Source of the DNA: Minisyncoccia bacterium
GTDB lineage: Bacteria; Patescibacteriota; Minisyncoccia; Phycocordibacterales; XYD1-FULL-46-19
Direction: 5' to 3'
Length of the DNA: 39,935 nucleotides
NCBI GenBank assembly: GCA_041601795.1
Contig: JBFIHK010000003.1
Span: 1-39,935 of the forward strand
A program made the position numbers and the translations under genes. The notes below the pieces were generated by a model. It saw only the letters and a list, made by a program, of their open reading frames with translations. It was not told the origin of the DNA and did no database searches. Every line of letters starts with the position of its first letter. Position 1 is the first letter of the stretch. Positions 1 to 8,469 of this stretch are shown piece after piece.

Positions 1-1
1 C

Positions 2-199
2 AGAAAAAATAAAAAAGGAGACTTTAGACGACTATGGAATATTAAAATCAATGCTGCTGTCAGACCATTTGAATTGTCATACAGTAAATTTATAGACTTA
101 CTCAAGAAAAAAAATATCGACTTAGATAGAAAAATCTTAGCCGACCTAGCAGAAAACAACCCTGACACTTTTTCTAACATAGTCCAAACTGTTAAATAA
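2..199 (+). CDS. rplT: 50S ribosomal protein L20, 3' part (truncated by window start)
   Basis: Manual translation of frame 2: RKNKKGDFRRLWNIKINAAVRPFELSYSKFIDLLKKKNIDLDRKILADLAENNPDTF..., matching the L20 motifs FRxLWxxRINAA, YSxF and LDRKxLA. TAA at 197-199. Not in the ORF track. Confidence 0.95.
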   Translation, partial: RKNKKGDFRRLWNIKINAAVRPFELSYSKFIDLLKKKNIDLDRKILADLAENNPDTFSNIVQTVK

Positions 200-202
200 A
201 CC

Positions 203-234
203 AATAAAAAAACCTCAAGCGAGGTTTTTTTATT
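203..234. terminator. Bidirectional intrinsic terminator between convergent rplT and MBL-hydrolase genes
   Basis: aataaaaaaacctc-aagc-gaggtttttttatt inverted repeat with A/T tails on both sides. Confidence 0.8.
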
Positions 235-1612
235 ACATATCTAGTTTAATGGTTTGACCTGCTTCGGGCACAGATACTTTCAATCCTAAATAATCCCTCA
301 CTCTTTGAGCTAAGAACATAGACGATTTAGGTTCACCTAAAACACAAAATACTTTTTTTAAAGTATCAGCTGAATCTGAAATAAAATCCAACAAATCATC
401 TGAGTCTTTATGGGCCGAATAACCTGAAATTTTTACTACCTTGGCCCTCACAGCTACATCTTCACCCATAATTTTTACATTTTTAGCTCCATCTTGTAAG
501 TAGCGCCCCAAAGAACCATAAACCTGATACCCCACCAAAAGTAAAGTGCTATTAGGGTCTGGTAAATAAGCTTTTTCATGATGTAGAATTCGTCCCCCAT
601 TAGACATACCAGAACCAGCTATAATTATTTTACGTTTCGGAGCATGTCTGATAGCTTTTGACTGATCTGTACTTTTGGTAAATTGAAGTTGAGGAAAATT
701 AAAAATACCGTCACCCTCATTCATACTTAGTCTTACTTCTTTATTAAATAAATGCTTATGTTTTTCATAGACTTTAGTTACCGCAATACCTAGTGGTGAA
801 TCTAAAAATACTGGTACTAGTGGTATTTCTGAGGCCTCCATCATATTTTCTATTTCAAAAAGAAGCTCTTGAGTCCTTTCAACTGAAAAAGCTGGTATCA
901 TTAAGGTTCCACCGGCGGTCATAGTATTTTTAATAGTATCTTTTAAAATCTTTTTTCTATCATCAGCTAATTCATGATTGCGATCACCATATACAGATTC
1001 TGTCACTAAATAATCAATATCAGTAATTTTCTCTGTTGGGCGTAGAAGTGGCGCTGGAGAATTGCCCAAGTCCCCCGTAAACAACAATTTTCTCTTATTA
1101 ATAGTAAACTCAATCATACTAGAGCCTAAGATATGACCAGCGTCTCGAAATACCACCTGTAAGCCATTTAGTTCAATCGGCTGGTGATAATCGACTGTTT
1201 GCCACTCTGCCATTGCTTGAGCGACATCATCCTCATCATAAAGGGGTGGCTTTTGGGTTTTACTTCTTTCTTTTTCCATCACCCCGAGACTATCCAACAT
1301 AATCAGTTCAGCAATATCACGAGTCGGCAAAGTTGAATAAATGGGCCCCGTAAAACCGTCTTTAATTAATTTTCCTATTCGACCAACATGATCTAAATGA
1401 CCATGAGTAATAAACAAAGCTTTAATGGTGGCAGGATCATAAGGAAATTTTTCATAGTTGCAGTCATCACAAACATTACCCCCTTGAATCAAACCGCAGT
1501 CTATTAAATATTTAAAATTTTCATTGTCACCCCCTGTTTGGAGTAAAAAATTAGACCCAGTCACAGTCCCTGCTCCTCCATGAAATGTAATAGCAACATC
1601 AGTAATCATCAT
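233..1612 (-). CDS. MBL-fold beta-CASP ribonuclease (YSH1/TTHA0252-like RNA-processing hydrolase)
   Basis: GGAGTVTGS, LIDCG, THGHLDH, AGHILGS, FTGDLG, ESVYGDR, GSGMSNGGRILHH and SAH motifs. Confidence 0.9.
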   Translation of the reverse strand: MMITDVAITFHGGAGTVTGSNFLLQTGGDNENFKYLIDCGLIQGGNVCDDCNYEKFPYDPATIKALFITHGHLDHVGRIGKLIKDGFTGPIYSTLPTRDIAELIMLDSLGVMEKERSKTQKPPLYDEDDVAQAMAEWQTVDYHQPIELNGLQVVFRDAGHILGSSMIEFTINKRKLLFTGDLGNSPAPLLRPTEKITDIDYLVTESVYGDRNHELADDRKKILKDTIKNTMTAGGTLMIPAFSVERTQELLFEIENMMEASEIPLVPVFLDSPLGIAVTKVYEKHKHLFNKEVRLSMNEGDGIFNFPQLQFTKSTDQSKAIRHAPKRKIIIAGSGMSNGGRILHHEKAYLPDPNSTLLLVGYQVYGSLGRYLQDGAKNVKIMGEDVAVRAKVVKISGYSAHKDSDDLLDFISDSADTLKKVFCVLGEPKSSMFLAQRVRDYLGLKVSVPEAGQTIKLDM

Positions 1613-1621
1613 ATAAATACA

Positions 1622-2104
1622 TTATATACTAGTTTGTTCCACCTCTGGTGTGTCAATGTTGATATTTACTTTTTTAGGCTTCCAATTAAACCAAAAAATT
1701 AAAGCTGCTGTTGTACCACCTAAGGCATCAAAAAATAAGTCACTAAAAGTATCGTTAATAGAAAATTTCAAAAAAGACAATTGCTTGACAGTCAGCTGGG
1801 CTGTCCATAATTCGTCCAAAGTAAACTCAAACAATTCCCAAATCCCCCCTACAGATAGAGCCGAAATTAAAGCCACTAAAAAAACAGTTGAAAAAGAAAA
1901 ATAAAAGCGTAAAAATCTGGGCTTAACAAAAGAAAAATAAAAAATTAAACCCCATAAGGCCACTGACATGCTAGCTAAAAAATGAATAGCTATATCCATA
2001 TAAGAAAGCTTCCAAAACAAAAAATTATGATAAGCAGCAATACTGAAAAAAAATGTTGCTCCCGTTACCGCCAGGGCCACGATATAAATTAAAAATCTTC
2101 CCAT
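1622..2104 (-). CDS. Integral membrane protein (VanZ/DUF2238-like)
   Basis: About 4 hydrophobic segments; D-x-x-x-HF, WE-x-x-EF and DT-x-x-DL-x-x-D-x-x-G motifs. Confidence 0.7.
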   Translation of the reverse strand: MGRFLIYIVALAVTGATFFFSIAAYHNFLFWKLSYMDIAIHFLASMSVALWGLIFYFSFVKPRFLRFYFSFSTVFLVALISALSVGGIWELFEFTLDELWTAQLTVKQLSFLKFSINDTFSDLFFDALGGTTAALIFWFNWKPKKVNINIDTPEVEQTSI

Positions 2105-2151
2105 AGTTTTTTATTGTACCTGAAAAATATTCTTCTCGCTAACTGTTTTTA

Positions 2152-2190
2152 AACAGAAAAAACCATAATAAAATTATGGTTTTTTCTGTT
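2152..2190 (-). terminator. Intrinsic terminator directly downstream of the 6S-like RNA
   Basis: aacagaaaaaaccataat-aaa-attatggttttttctgtt perfect inverted repeat. Confidence 0.8.
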
Positions 2191-2320
2191 AGGCTATCTG
2201 CAAGTATTAAACCCTAGAAGAATAAATTCTACGTGGGTGCCCGCAATCCAAAACCACGGCTCTGAACAATATAAGGCTCCCTAGGGCAAATTTTGATCTA
2301 GATAATACTTCAAATAGCCT
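2191..2320 (-). ncRNA. ssrS: Compact 6S-like RNA (~130 nt)
   Basis: Ends pair (AGGCUAUUUG-AAGUAUUA with UAAUACUU-G-CAGAUAGCCU). Has a central bubble, a GGGAGCCU/GGGCACCC helix as in Firmicutes-type 6S RNAs, a 3'-bubble mini-hairpin and an apical stem. G-U pairs work only on the minus strand. Flanked exactly by a promoter and a terminator. Confidence 0.75.
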
Positions 2321-2326
2321 TCTTTT

Positions 2327-2354
2327 ATTATAGACCTCTATTCTAAATTTGCAA
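2327..2354 (-). promoter_or_regulatory. Sigma70-type promoter of the 6S-like RNA
   Basis: TTGCAA-16 nt-TATAAT on the minus strand; predicted start ~2320 coincides with the first base of the closing stem. Confidence 0.7.
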
Positions 2355-2358
2355 AAAC

Positions 2359-2844
2359 TTAAATATCTCCCCAATCAGTTTCAGATGCATAAACATAAGG
2401 GGCGTCTGGCTTTTGATAATCAAATATCTCAACTGCAGTGAAAAAACGTTTAATTTCTGCCACCGCTGACTCTTCAGAATCAGAAGCATGAACAATATTA
2501 GACTGAGTATTTAAAGAGAAATCGCCTCTAATAGATCCAGCATCAGCTTTAGATCCATCTGTTGGCCCCACCAGTAGCCTAACAGCCGACACAGCGTCTA
2601 TACCAGAAATTACCATTAATATTACTGGTGAAGTTTGCATAAAACGCTTTAACCCAGAAAAAAATGGTTTATCAATATGATGACGATAATGGTCATCTAA
2701 AACATTGTCCTCTATTTTAAGCATTTTCATAGCTCTTATTTGCAAACCTTTTCTTTCAAAACGACTGATAATTTCACCCAGCAAACTCCTCTGTAAGGCA
2801 TCTGGCTTAATAATGACTAAAGTATCTTGATATTTATGTTTCAT
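2359..2844 (-). CDS. ndk: Nucleoside-diphosphate kinase
   Basis: TLVIIKPDA, GEIISRFERKGL, GSIRGDF and catalytic NIVHASD. Confidence 0.97.
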   Translation of the reverse strand: MKHKYQDTLVIIKPDALQRSLLGEIISRFERKGLQIRAMKMLKIEDNVLDDHYRHHIDKPFFSGLKRFMQTSPVILMVISGIDAVSAVRLLVGPTDGSKADAGSIRGDFSLNTQSNIVHASDSEESAVAEIKRFFTAVEIFDYQKPDAPYVYASETDWGDI

Positions 2845-2856
2845 ATTTTTATCTCT

Positions 2857-3624
2857 TTAAGCTAACAAAGATAGTACTTCCACCCCTTTATCTGTCACTG
2901 CTACCGTATGTTCAAAGTGGGCACTTAAACTACCGTCTTTGGTGACAAAAGTATAACCATCGGCCAAAATTTTAGTTTGATCACTCCCTAAAGTAACCAT
3001 AGGTTCAATAGCAATGACTAAACCAGGTTTTAACACCTCACCCTGACCCTTATGGCCATAATTAGGCACTAACGGCTCCTCATGAACCGCATAGCCAACT
3101 CCATGACCAGCTAAATCTCTAACTAAACCTAGACCTTGTTTTTTAATATATGTTTCTACCGCCGACCCAATATCACCAATAGTGGCCCCTGGCTTAACAG
3201 CTTTAATAGCTAGTTTTAGCGACTCTTCAGTAGCTGTAATTAATAATTTGGCCTCGGAAGAAATTTTTCCCACTGGTACTGTAATAGCAGAATCTGTAAT
3301 CAAACCATCATGTTTTAAGCCTAAATCTATAGTCACCAAATCCCCGTCTTGCAAAATCTTGTTTCCAGGAATACCGTGAACTATTTCATCATTAACCGAC
3401 ACACACAAAGCGGCCGGATAAGGCTTTTTAACTCCTGCTGGCTTATAATTCAAAAAAGCTGGCTTGTCACCCAAGTCTTTAATCATTGATTGAGCCAACT
3501 TATCTAAACTGGCAGTCGACACCCCCGGCCTGATCTCATTCTTAATAGTATGCAAAATTTGAGCCAGACGACGCCCCCCTTCTCTTAACTTTATTATATC
3601 GGTTTTAGTTTTTAATCTAATCAC
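2857..3624 (-). CDS. map: Type I methionyl aminopeptidase
   Basis: CVSVNDEIVHGIP, GHGVG...HEEP, AIEPMV, SAHFEHT; follows adk. Confidence 0.97.
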   Translation of the reverse strand: MIRLKTKTDIIKLREGGRRLAQILHTIKNEIRPGVSTASLDKLAQSMIKDLGDKPAFLNYKPAGVKKPYPAALCVSVNDEIVHGIPGNKILQDGDLVTIDLGLKHDGLITDSAITVPVGKISSEAKLLITATEESLKLAIKAVKPGATIGDIGSAVETYIKKQGLGLVRDLAGHGVGYAVHEEPLVPNYGHKGQGEVLKPGLVIAIEPMVTLGSDQTKILADGYTFVTKDGSLSAHFEHTVAVTDKGVEVLSLLA

Positions 3625-3626
3625 AA

Positions 3627-4247
3627 TTAAATATGGCTTAAATTTGATTGATTTAAAATATCTTGATGAACTTTCTTTATCTCCTGCTCCCCATTTATAT
3701 CTAAATAATCAAAATTATCAGCATTACGAAAAAATTCTATTACTGGTGCTACTTCCTTGTCGAACCAGTCTAGTCTTTTTTCTATTCCTAAAGCATCATC
3801 ATCAACTCGACCTCGACCTAAAAGCCTGTCTTTAGACCACTTTCTCGACACATTCAAGTGAACTACCTTGGGCTTAACTCGACCCAAAAAACTAAGTCCT
3901 GAATCTAGAATTTCCGCTTCGACCAACTTCCTGGGAGAACCATCTATTATTAAATGCTCCCCTCCAGTCACATTTTCTATTAACACCCTAGACCAAATAA
4001 AATTAGACACGAACGAGGGTTGTAGCTCTTTAGCGTCCATTATTTGCTTAGCTTTTTGACTAGCCAAAGACGAACCTTGAACAAATTCTCTTAAATGAGC
4101 CCCTGTTTCCACATGTAAAACAGGGTTTTCAGACAAAGAGGCTGTCTGTTTAATATATTCTATCATTAATTTAGACTGCGTACCTTTGCCACAACCGGAC
4201 CGGCCAATAAAAATATAAGTTAAAAGCTTAGAAGTAGAAACCATCAT
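3627..4247 (-). CDS. adk: Adenylate kinase, short type without LID domain
   Basis: P-loop GRSGCGKGT, DGSPR, RGRVDD; lies between secY and map. Start moved to ATG 4247 (or 4244) because the track's TTG start lies at the secY terminator edge, upstream of a TATACT box. Confidence 0.9.
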   Translation of the reverse strand: MMVSTSKLLTYIFIGRSGCGKGTQSKLMIEYIKQTASLSENPVLHVETGAHLREFVQGSSLASQKAKQIMDAKELQPSFVSNFIWSRVLIENVTGGEHLIIDGSPRKLVEAEILDSGLSFLGRVKPKVVHLNVSRKWSKDRLLGRGRVDDDALGIEKRLDWFDKEVAPVIEFFRNADNFDYLDINGEQEIKKVHQDILNQSNLSHI

Positions 4248-4290
4248 AACGATTAGAGTATACATTAAAATAGCCCCACAAGCTACAATC

Positions 4291-4327
4291 AAACAAAAAC
4301 CTCTACTTTAAGTAGAGGTTTTTGTTT
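4291..4327 (-). terminator. Intrinsic terminator after secY
   Basis: aaacaaaaacctctact-tta-agtagaggtttttgttt. Confidence 0.85.
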
Positions 4328-4347
4328 TTAACTCTGTAAATTGTTTT

Positions 4348-5619
4348 TTAATACTCACGCATTGTCACTTGAGCATCTATTTTTTTAATCAAATCTAGAA
4401 TAACCGACACCACAATCAAAAGTCCGGTTCCACCAATAGCCAAAGTCGCGATACCTGTAATTTCTTGCATAATAAGTGGCAACATAGCAATAACTCCTAA
4501 AAACAAAGCTCCAAAAAACGTTAATCTAGTTAATAAACCAGAAATATAAGTTTCAGTTGGTAGCCCCGGCCTAACCCCTGGAATAAAGGCACCTCCTTTT
4601 TGCAAATTGGTCGCAATAGCATGAGGGTCGAAAGTAACAGCCGAATAAAAGAAAGTAAAGCCAAAAACCAACAAGAAATAAACGGTACTATACAACCAAG
4701 CATTATTGAAAAAATTCAAAAATATACGAGAAATATCTTGCAATAAAATATTGTCAACTTGTCCCAAAAGATTAACTATCATCTGTGGAAACAATAAAAT
4801 AGACAAAGCAAAAATAATTGGCATCACTCCAGCATTATTAACTCTAATTGGTAAATAAGTAGACATGCCACCATAAGTTTTAGCCCCCCTTACTCTTTTA
4901 GCATAAGTAACCGGAATAGGCCTTTCCCCTTCTGTAACTATCACTACTCCAGCCACAATAATAATAGATAGAACAATAAAACCTAAATAAGTTGGCAATA
5001 AACTAACATCAAAAGTCAAAATAAGCTGTGAAATCGCCCCTGGTAAACTAGCTACGATACCGGCAAAAATCAAAATTGACACCCCGTTGCCAATACCATA
5101 TTGATTGATTAACTCGCCCAACCACATCAAAAGAACTGAACCTGCAGTTACAATAAGAACAGCTAAAATTTTTGCCTCCAAAGACATCCCCGGCAAAACT
5201 CCTTGCTGAGATAGTAAAGTCAATAATCCAAAACCTTGAAGAACAGCCAGCGGTACAGATAATAATCGTGAATATTGAGAAAATTTACGCCGGCCGGCAT
5301 CGCCCTCTTCGTGATAAAGCTCCTTTAACCCAGGGAAAATTAAAGTTAATAATTGCATAATAATACTAGCGGTAATAAAAGGACCCACCCCTAGCATAAA
5401 AATAGATAAATTGGCCAAACCCCCACCAGAAAAAATATTTAATAAGCCAAAAAACTGATTGTTAAGTAAGAAATTCTCTAAAGTAGAAGTGTCAATGGCT
5501 GGTATTGGTATCGAAGCCCCAACTCTAAATAAAGCCAATATTAAGCCCACAAATAAAATCCGCTTACCTAAATTTGGATCAGCTAGGATTAATTTAATTT
5601 TTTGAGTAAAATTATTCAT
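4348..5619 (-). CDS. secY: Preprotein translocase subunit SecY
   Basis: SIFMLGVGPFITASIIMQLL, GIGNGVSILIF, AGVMPIIFA, FIPGVRPG, GGTGLLIVV. Confidence 0.98.
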   Translation of the reverse strand: MNNFTQKIKLILADPNLGKRILFVGLILALFRVGASIPIPAIDTSTLENFLLNNQFFGLLNIFSGGGLANLSIFMLGVGPFITASIIMQLLTLIFPGLKELYHEEGDAGRRKFSQYSRLLSVPLAVLQGFGLLTLLSQQGVLPGMSLEAKILAVLIVTAGSVLLMWLGELINQYGIGNGVSILIFAGIVASLPGAISQLILTFDVSLLPTYLGFIVLSIIIVAGVVIVTEGERPIPVTYAKRVRGAKTYGGMSTYLPIRVNNAGVMPIIFALSILLFPQMIVNLLGQVDNILLQDISRIFLNFFNNAWLYSTVYFLLVFGFTFFYSAVTFDPHAIATNLQKGGAFIPGVRPGLPTETYISGLLTRLTFFGALFLGVIAMLPLIMQEITGIATLAIGGTGLLIVVSVILDLIKKIDAQVTMREY

Positions 5620-5705
5620 TGAATTTTTAAAGTCTCAATTTCTGTTACCTTATTCTTAACATTTTTTAAGCTAAAAATCTATCCCGACACTCACCCACAC
5701 AAAAA

Positions 5706-6146
5706 TTAAGACACAGTTCCCCCGGCTTGAGTTATTTTTTCAGCTGCCATTCTAGACACTAAACATCCAGCCACATCTATTTTTTTTGTTAACTGGCCAG
5801 TGCCTAATATTTTTATAACTGGAATTTTTCCAGATACCCGTCTAATGATTCCTTTTTCTAGTAACTTAATAGGAGTCACTTTAGAGTCAGCTACAAATAA
5901 GTTTTCAATATCAGACAAATTTACAGACTGACTTTTAGTTTGAACAGATTTATTAGAATTGACTCCTCTCCCTCTTAATTTAGGGATTTTTTTAATTTGA
6001 TCACGAAGCTCTAGTCTAGTGCTATTACCAGCTCTAGCTTTTTGACCCTTATGACCCTTACCAGAAGTTTTGCCTCTTTTACCTCCACGGCCAATGACTT
6101 TGGCTTTAGAATTTTTAGTAGTTGGTTTTAATTCGTGTGCTTGCAT
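5706..6146 (-). CDS. rplO: 50S ribosomal protein L15
   Basis: GRGGKRGKTSGKGHKGQKAR, KILGTG; spc position. Confidence 0.97.
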   Translation of the reverse strand: MQAHELKPTTKNSKAKVIGRGGKRGKTSGKGHKGQKARAGNSTRLELRDQIKKIPKLRGRGVNSNKSVQTKSQSVNLSDIENLFVADSKVTPIKLLEKGIIRRVSGKIPVIKILGTGQLTKKIDVAGCLVSRMAAEKITQAGGTVS

Positions 6147-6156
6147 GTTTTTTATT

Positions 6157-6723
6157 TTAAGTTAGTGACTCTAAAGCTTGAATAGTCGCTCGACCAATAT
6201 TTAATTTATTTTTACTACGAGACAATATTTTAGCATTAACATCTTTAACACCAGCATGATCTAGAACTATTCTAACAGCACTTCCAGCCACTAAACCTTT
6301 ACCAGCTGATGGTGTAATAGAGATACGAGCAGAGTTATATTTAGCTTCAACTTCGTGGCGAATAGAGCCTTCCTTGGTTATAGGAACAGTAATCATGTTC
6401 CGTTTGGCATCATTAGTGGCTTTTTCTATAGCTAAGGCCGTATCAGAAGCTTTACCTATACCCACACCTACTCTCCCCTTTTTGTCACCAATAACTATAG
6501 CCACAGAAAAACTAAATCGACGTCCACCAGCCATCACTCGAGTCACTCGACGAATATCTAAAATTTTATTAGCAAATTCACTCTTAGGTTTTTCTCTTCT
6601 AGATCCTTGTCCTCGACGCCTACCTTTAAACTGACCATCTGTTTTGGGGGTATCATTAGTTACCAGCCGAGTATTATCAGTCGGATTTTGAGTTTTTGCT
6701 GTCGTTGTTTTTTCTGTAGTCAT
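6157..6723 (-). CDS. rpsE: 30S ribosomal protein S5
   Basis: RRVTRVMAGGRRFSF, GRVGVGIGKA. Confidence 0.97.
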   Translation of the reverse strand: MTTEKTTTAKTQNPTDNTRLVTNDTPKTDGQFKGRRRGQGSRREKPKSEFANKILDIRRVTRVMAGGRRFSFSVAIVIGDKKGRVGVGIGKASDTALAIEKATNDAKRNMITVPITKEGSIRHEVEAKYNSARISITPSAGKGLVAGSAVRIVLDHAGVKDVNAKILSRSKNKLNIGRATIQALESLT

Positions 6724-6760
6724 AATAATTTATTCTTATTCTTATTGGCCAATTTTATAT

Positions 6761-7138
6761 CTAAAAGTTTAAACCGCCCTCTCTAGCGCCTTCAGCCACC
6801 GCTTTTACTCGACCTGAATATCTATTACCCCCCCGATCAAAAACAATAGTGGAAATTTTTAAATCTTTTAGTTTGCCAGCTATTTGCAAGCCTAAAGTTC
6901 TAGCGTCGGCCACCTTTTTAAAGGTGTCCTCATATTTATCTGATTTAACTTTAATAGTATTCAAAGAAACTAAAGTTTGTCTTTTAATATCATCAATCAC
7001 AGACGCTTCAGTGTAGCGATTTGATTTTTTAACTACCAATCTAGGTCTATCAGCTGTTCCAGAAATAAGAGACCGAACTTTAGCTTTCCGTCTCTGTAAA
7101 TTCATATTTTTCTTTTGAGATAAAGTAATTTTTTTCAT
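6761..7138 (-). CDS. rplR: 50S ribosomal protein L18
   Basis: GTADRPRL, VFDRGG.RYSGRVKAVAEGAREGGL. Confidence 0.97.
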   Translation of the reverse strand: MKKITLSQKKNMNLQRRKAKVRSLISGTADRPRLVVKKSNRYTEASVIDDIKRQTLVSLNTIKVKSDKYEDTFKKVADARTLGLQIAGKLKDLKISTIVFDRGGNRYSGRVKAVAEGAREGGLNF

Positions 7139-7141
7139 ATT

Positions 7142-7678
7142 TTATGCAACAGTTTTCTTACCTTGTTTACGAAGAACCTTTTCATCTTCATATCTAATAC
7201 CTTTACCCTTATAAGGTTCGGTTTTTTTATGTAATCTAATAGTTGAGGCAAATTGACCTACTTGTTCCTTATTGAAACCTGAAATAGTAACAATATTTTT
7301 TTCAGCGGTCACGGTTAATTCTTTGGGGATATTTTCTATCACCTGATGTGAAAAACCTAAATCAAGAACTAATTTATCTCCTTGCACATTAGATTTAAAA
7401 CCTACCCCTTCGATAATCAATTTCTTTTGAAAGCCTTCGGTTACACCAATAATCATATTAGTCACATGAGAAGCATAGGTTCCCCATAAGGCTTTAGCCA
7501 AGATCGATTCTTTGGTTGGACTAAAAGTAATAGCATCGCCGTCTATATTAATTTCAATTAAAGGTTTAAAAGTTCTAACCAATTCTCCCTTTGGTCCTTT
7601 TACAGTTAAAACATCCCCCTCTTTAGTAACAGTGACTCCTTTTGGTATACTTAAATTTTTTTTACCTATTCTAGACAT
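7142..7678 (-). CDS. rplF: 50S ribosomal protein L6
   Basis: MSRIGK, VKGPKGEL, LGFSH, EPYKGKGIRY. Confidence 0.98.
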   Translation of the reverse strand: MSRIGKKNLSIPKGVTVTKEGDVLTVKGPKGELVRTFKPLIEINIDGDAITFSPTKESILAKALWGTYASHVTNMIIGVTEGFQKKLIIEGVGFKSNVQGDKLVLDLGFSHQVIENIPKELTVTAEKNIVTISGFNKEQVGQFASTIRLHKKTEPYKGKGIRYEDEKVLRKQGKKTVA

Positions 7679-7687
7679 AATATAAAA

Positions 7688-8083
7688 TTACCACAACTTA
7701 CATAAAACCTCCCCTCCCACCTTCTCTTTCCTGGCCTCTTTGTCTGTTAGTAAACCTTTAGGAGTAGAAATGATAAACAAACCTTTACCTTGTCTAACAG
7801 TATGAATTTCAGACGCTTTACGATAAATCCTTCTACTAGGCTTTGATACTCTGTAAATTTCAGATAAAACAGCCTTTCCTTTATCGTTGTAAGCAATATC
7901 TAAACAAATATACTGACGACTAAAACGAGAATTTTTACTTACACTTTTAATAAAACCAGCTTTTTTTAACACATTAGCTAGATTTAAATTTAAGTTAGAA
8001 AAAGACACCACCACTTGCGGTTTTCCAACTCTAGAGGCATTACGCACTCTAGTAATCATATCTGAGATTGGGTCTATTACCAT
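7688..8083 (-). CDS. rpsH: 30S ribosomal protein S8
   Basis: DPISDMITRVRNA, VSKPSRRIY, ISTPKGL, GGEV. Confidence 0.97.
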   Translation of the reverse strand: MVIDPISDMITRVRNASRVGKPQVVVSFSNLNLNLANVLKKAGFIKSVSKNSRFSRQYICLDIAYNDKGKAVLSEIYRVSKPSRRIYRKASEIHTVRQGKGLFIISTPKGLLTDKEARKEKVGGEVLCKLW

Positions 8084-8262
8084 GATGATTTTTTAATACC
8101 AGGAATTTTACCGTCATTGGCAAATTCTCTGAAACAAATTCGGCACATATCAAAATCACGCATATAGCCGTGCTTACGTCCACAACGGAAACATCGTCTC
8201 ACTACTCGTGAAGCGAACTTTGGGGTTTTTTTTGCTCTCGCTATAACTGATTTTCTTGCCAT
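8077..8262 (-). CDS. rpsN: 30S ribosomal protein S14, short Zn-binding (type Z) form
   Basis: 61 aa; RCFRCGR...MCRICFRE, IPGIKKSSW. Confidence 0.97.
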   Translation of the reverse strand: MARKSVIARAKKTPKFASRVVRRCFRCGRKHGYMRDFDMCRICFREFANDGKIPGIKKSSW

Positions 8263-8296
8263 AATTAAAAAAGGAAGCCCTTATGGGCTAGGTAGA

Positions 8297-8325
8297 ATAT
8301 TAGCAATAAAGATGGGTAATGTCAA
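8297..8325 (-). promoter_or_regulatory. Internal sigma70 promoter for rpsN-rpsH-rplF-rplR-rpsE-rplO
   Basis: TTGACA-17 nt (ending TGc)-TAATAT on the minus strand. Confidence 0.75.
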
Positions 8326-8469
8326 ACTAAAAACGTAGTCTCTTCTTATAATTCTAACCTCGGTATAATAATTTTGATTTTATAGAATAATGTGATTAAA
8401 TTGGCCGTAGAATACCCGAACCTGAGTTCATAACCACAAACTAAAATATACCTTAAGGAGGAACAAGAA

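Noticed and set aside
2191-2320. Alternative identity as SRP RNA, tRNA or riboswitch
   Set aside because: No SRP domain IV motif (CAGG...GGAA...AGCAG), no cloverleaf, and it is an independent unit closed by a terminator rather than a leader.
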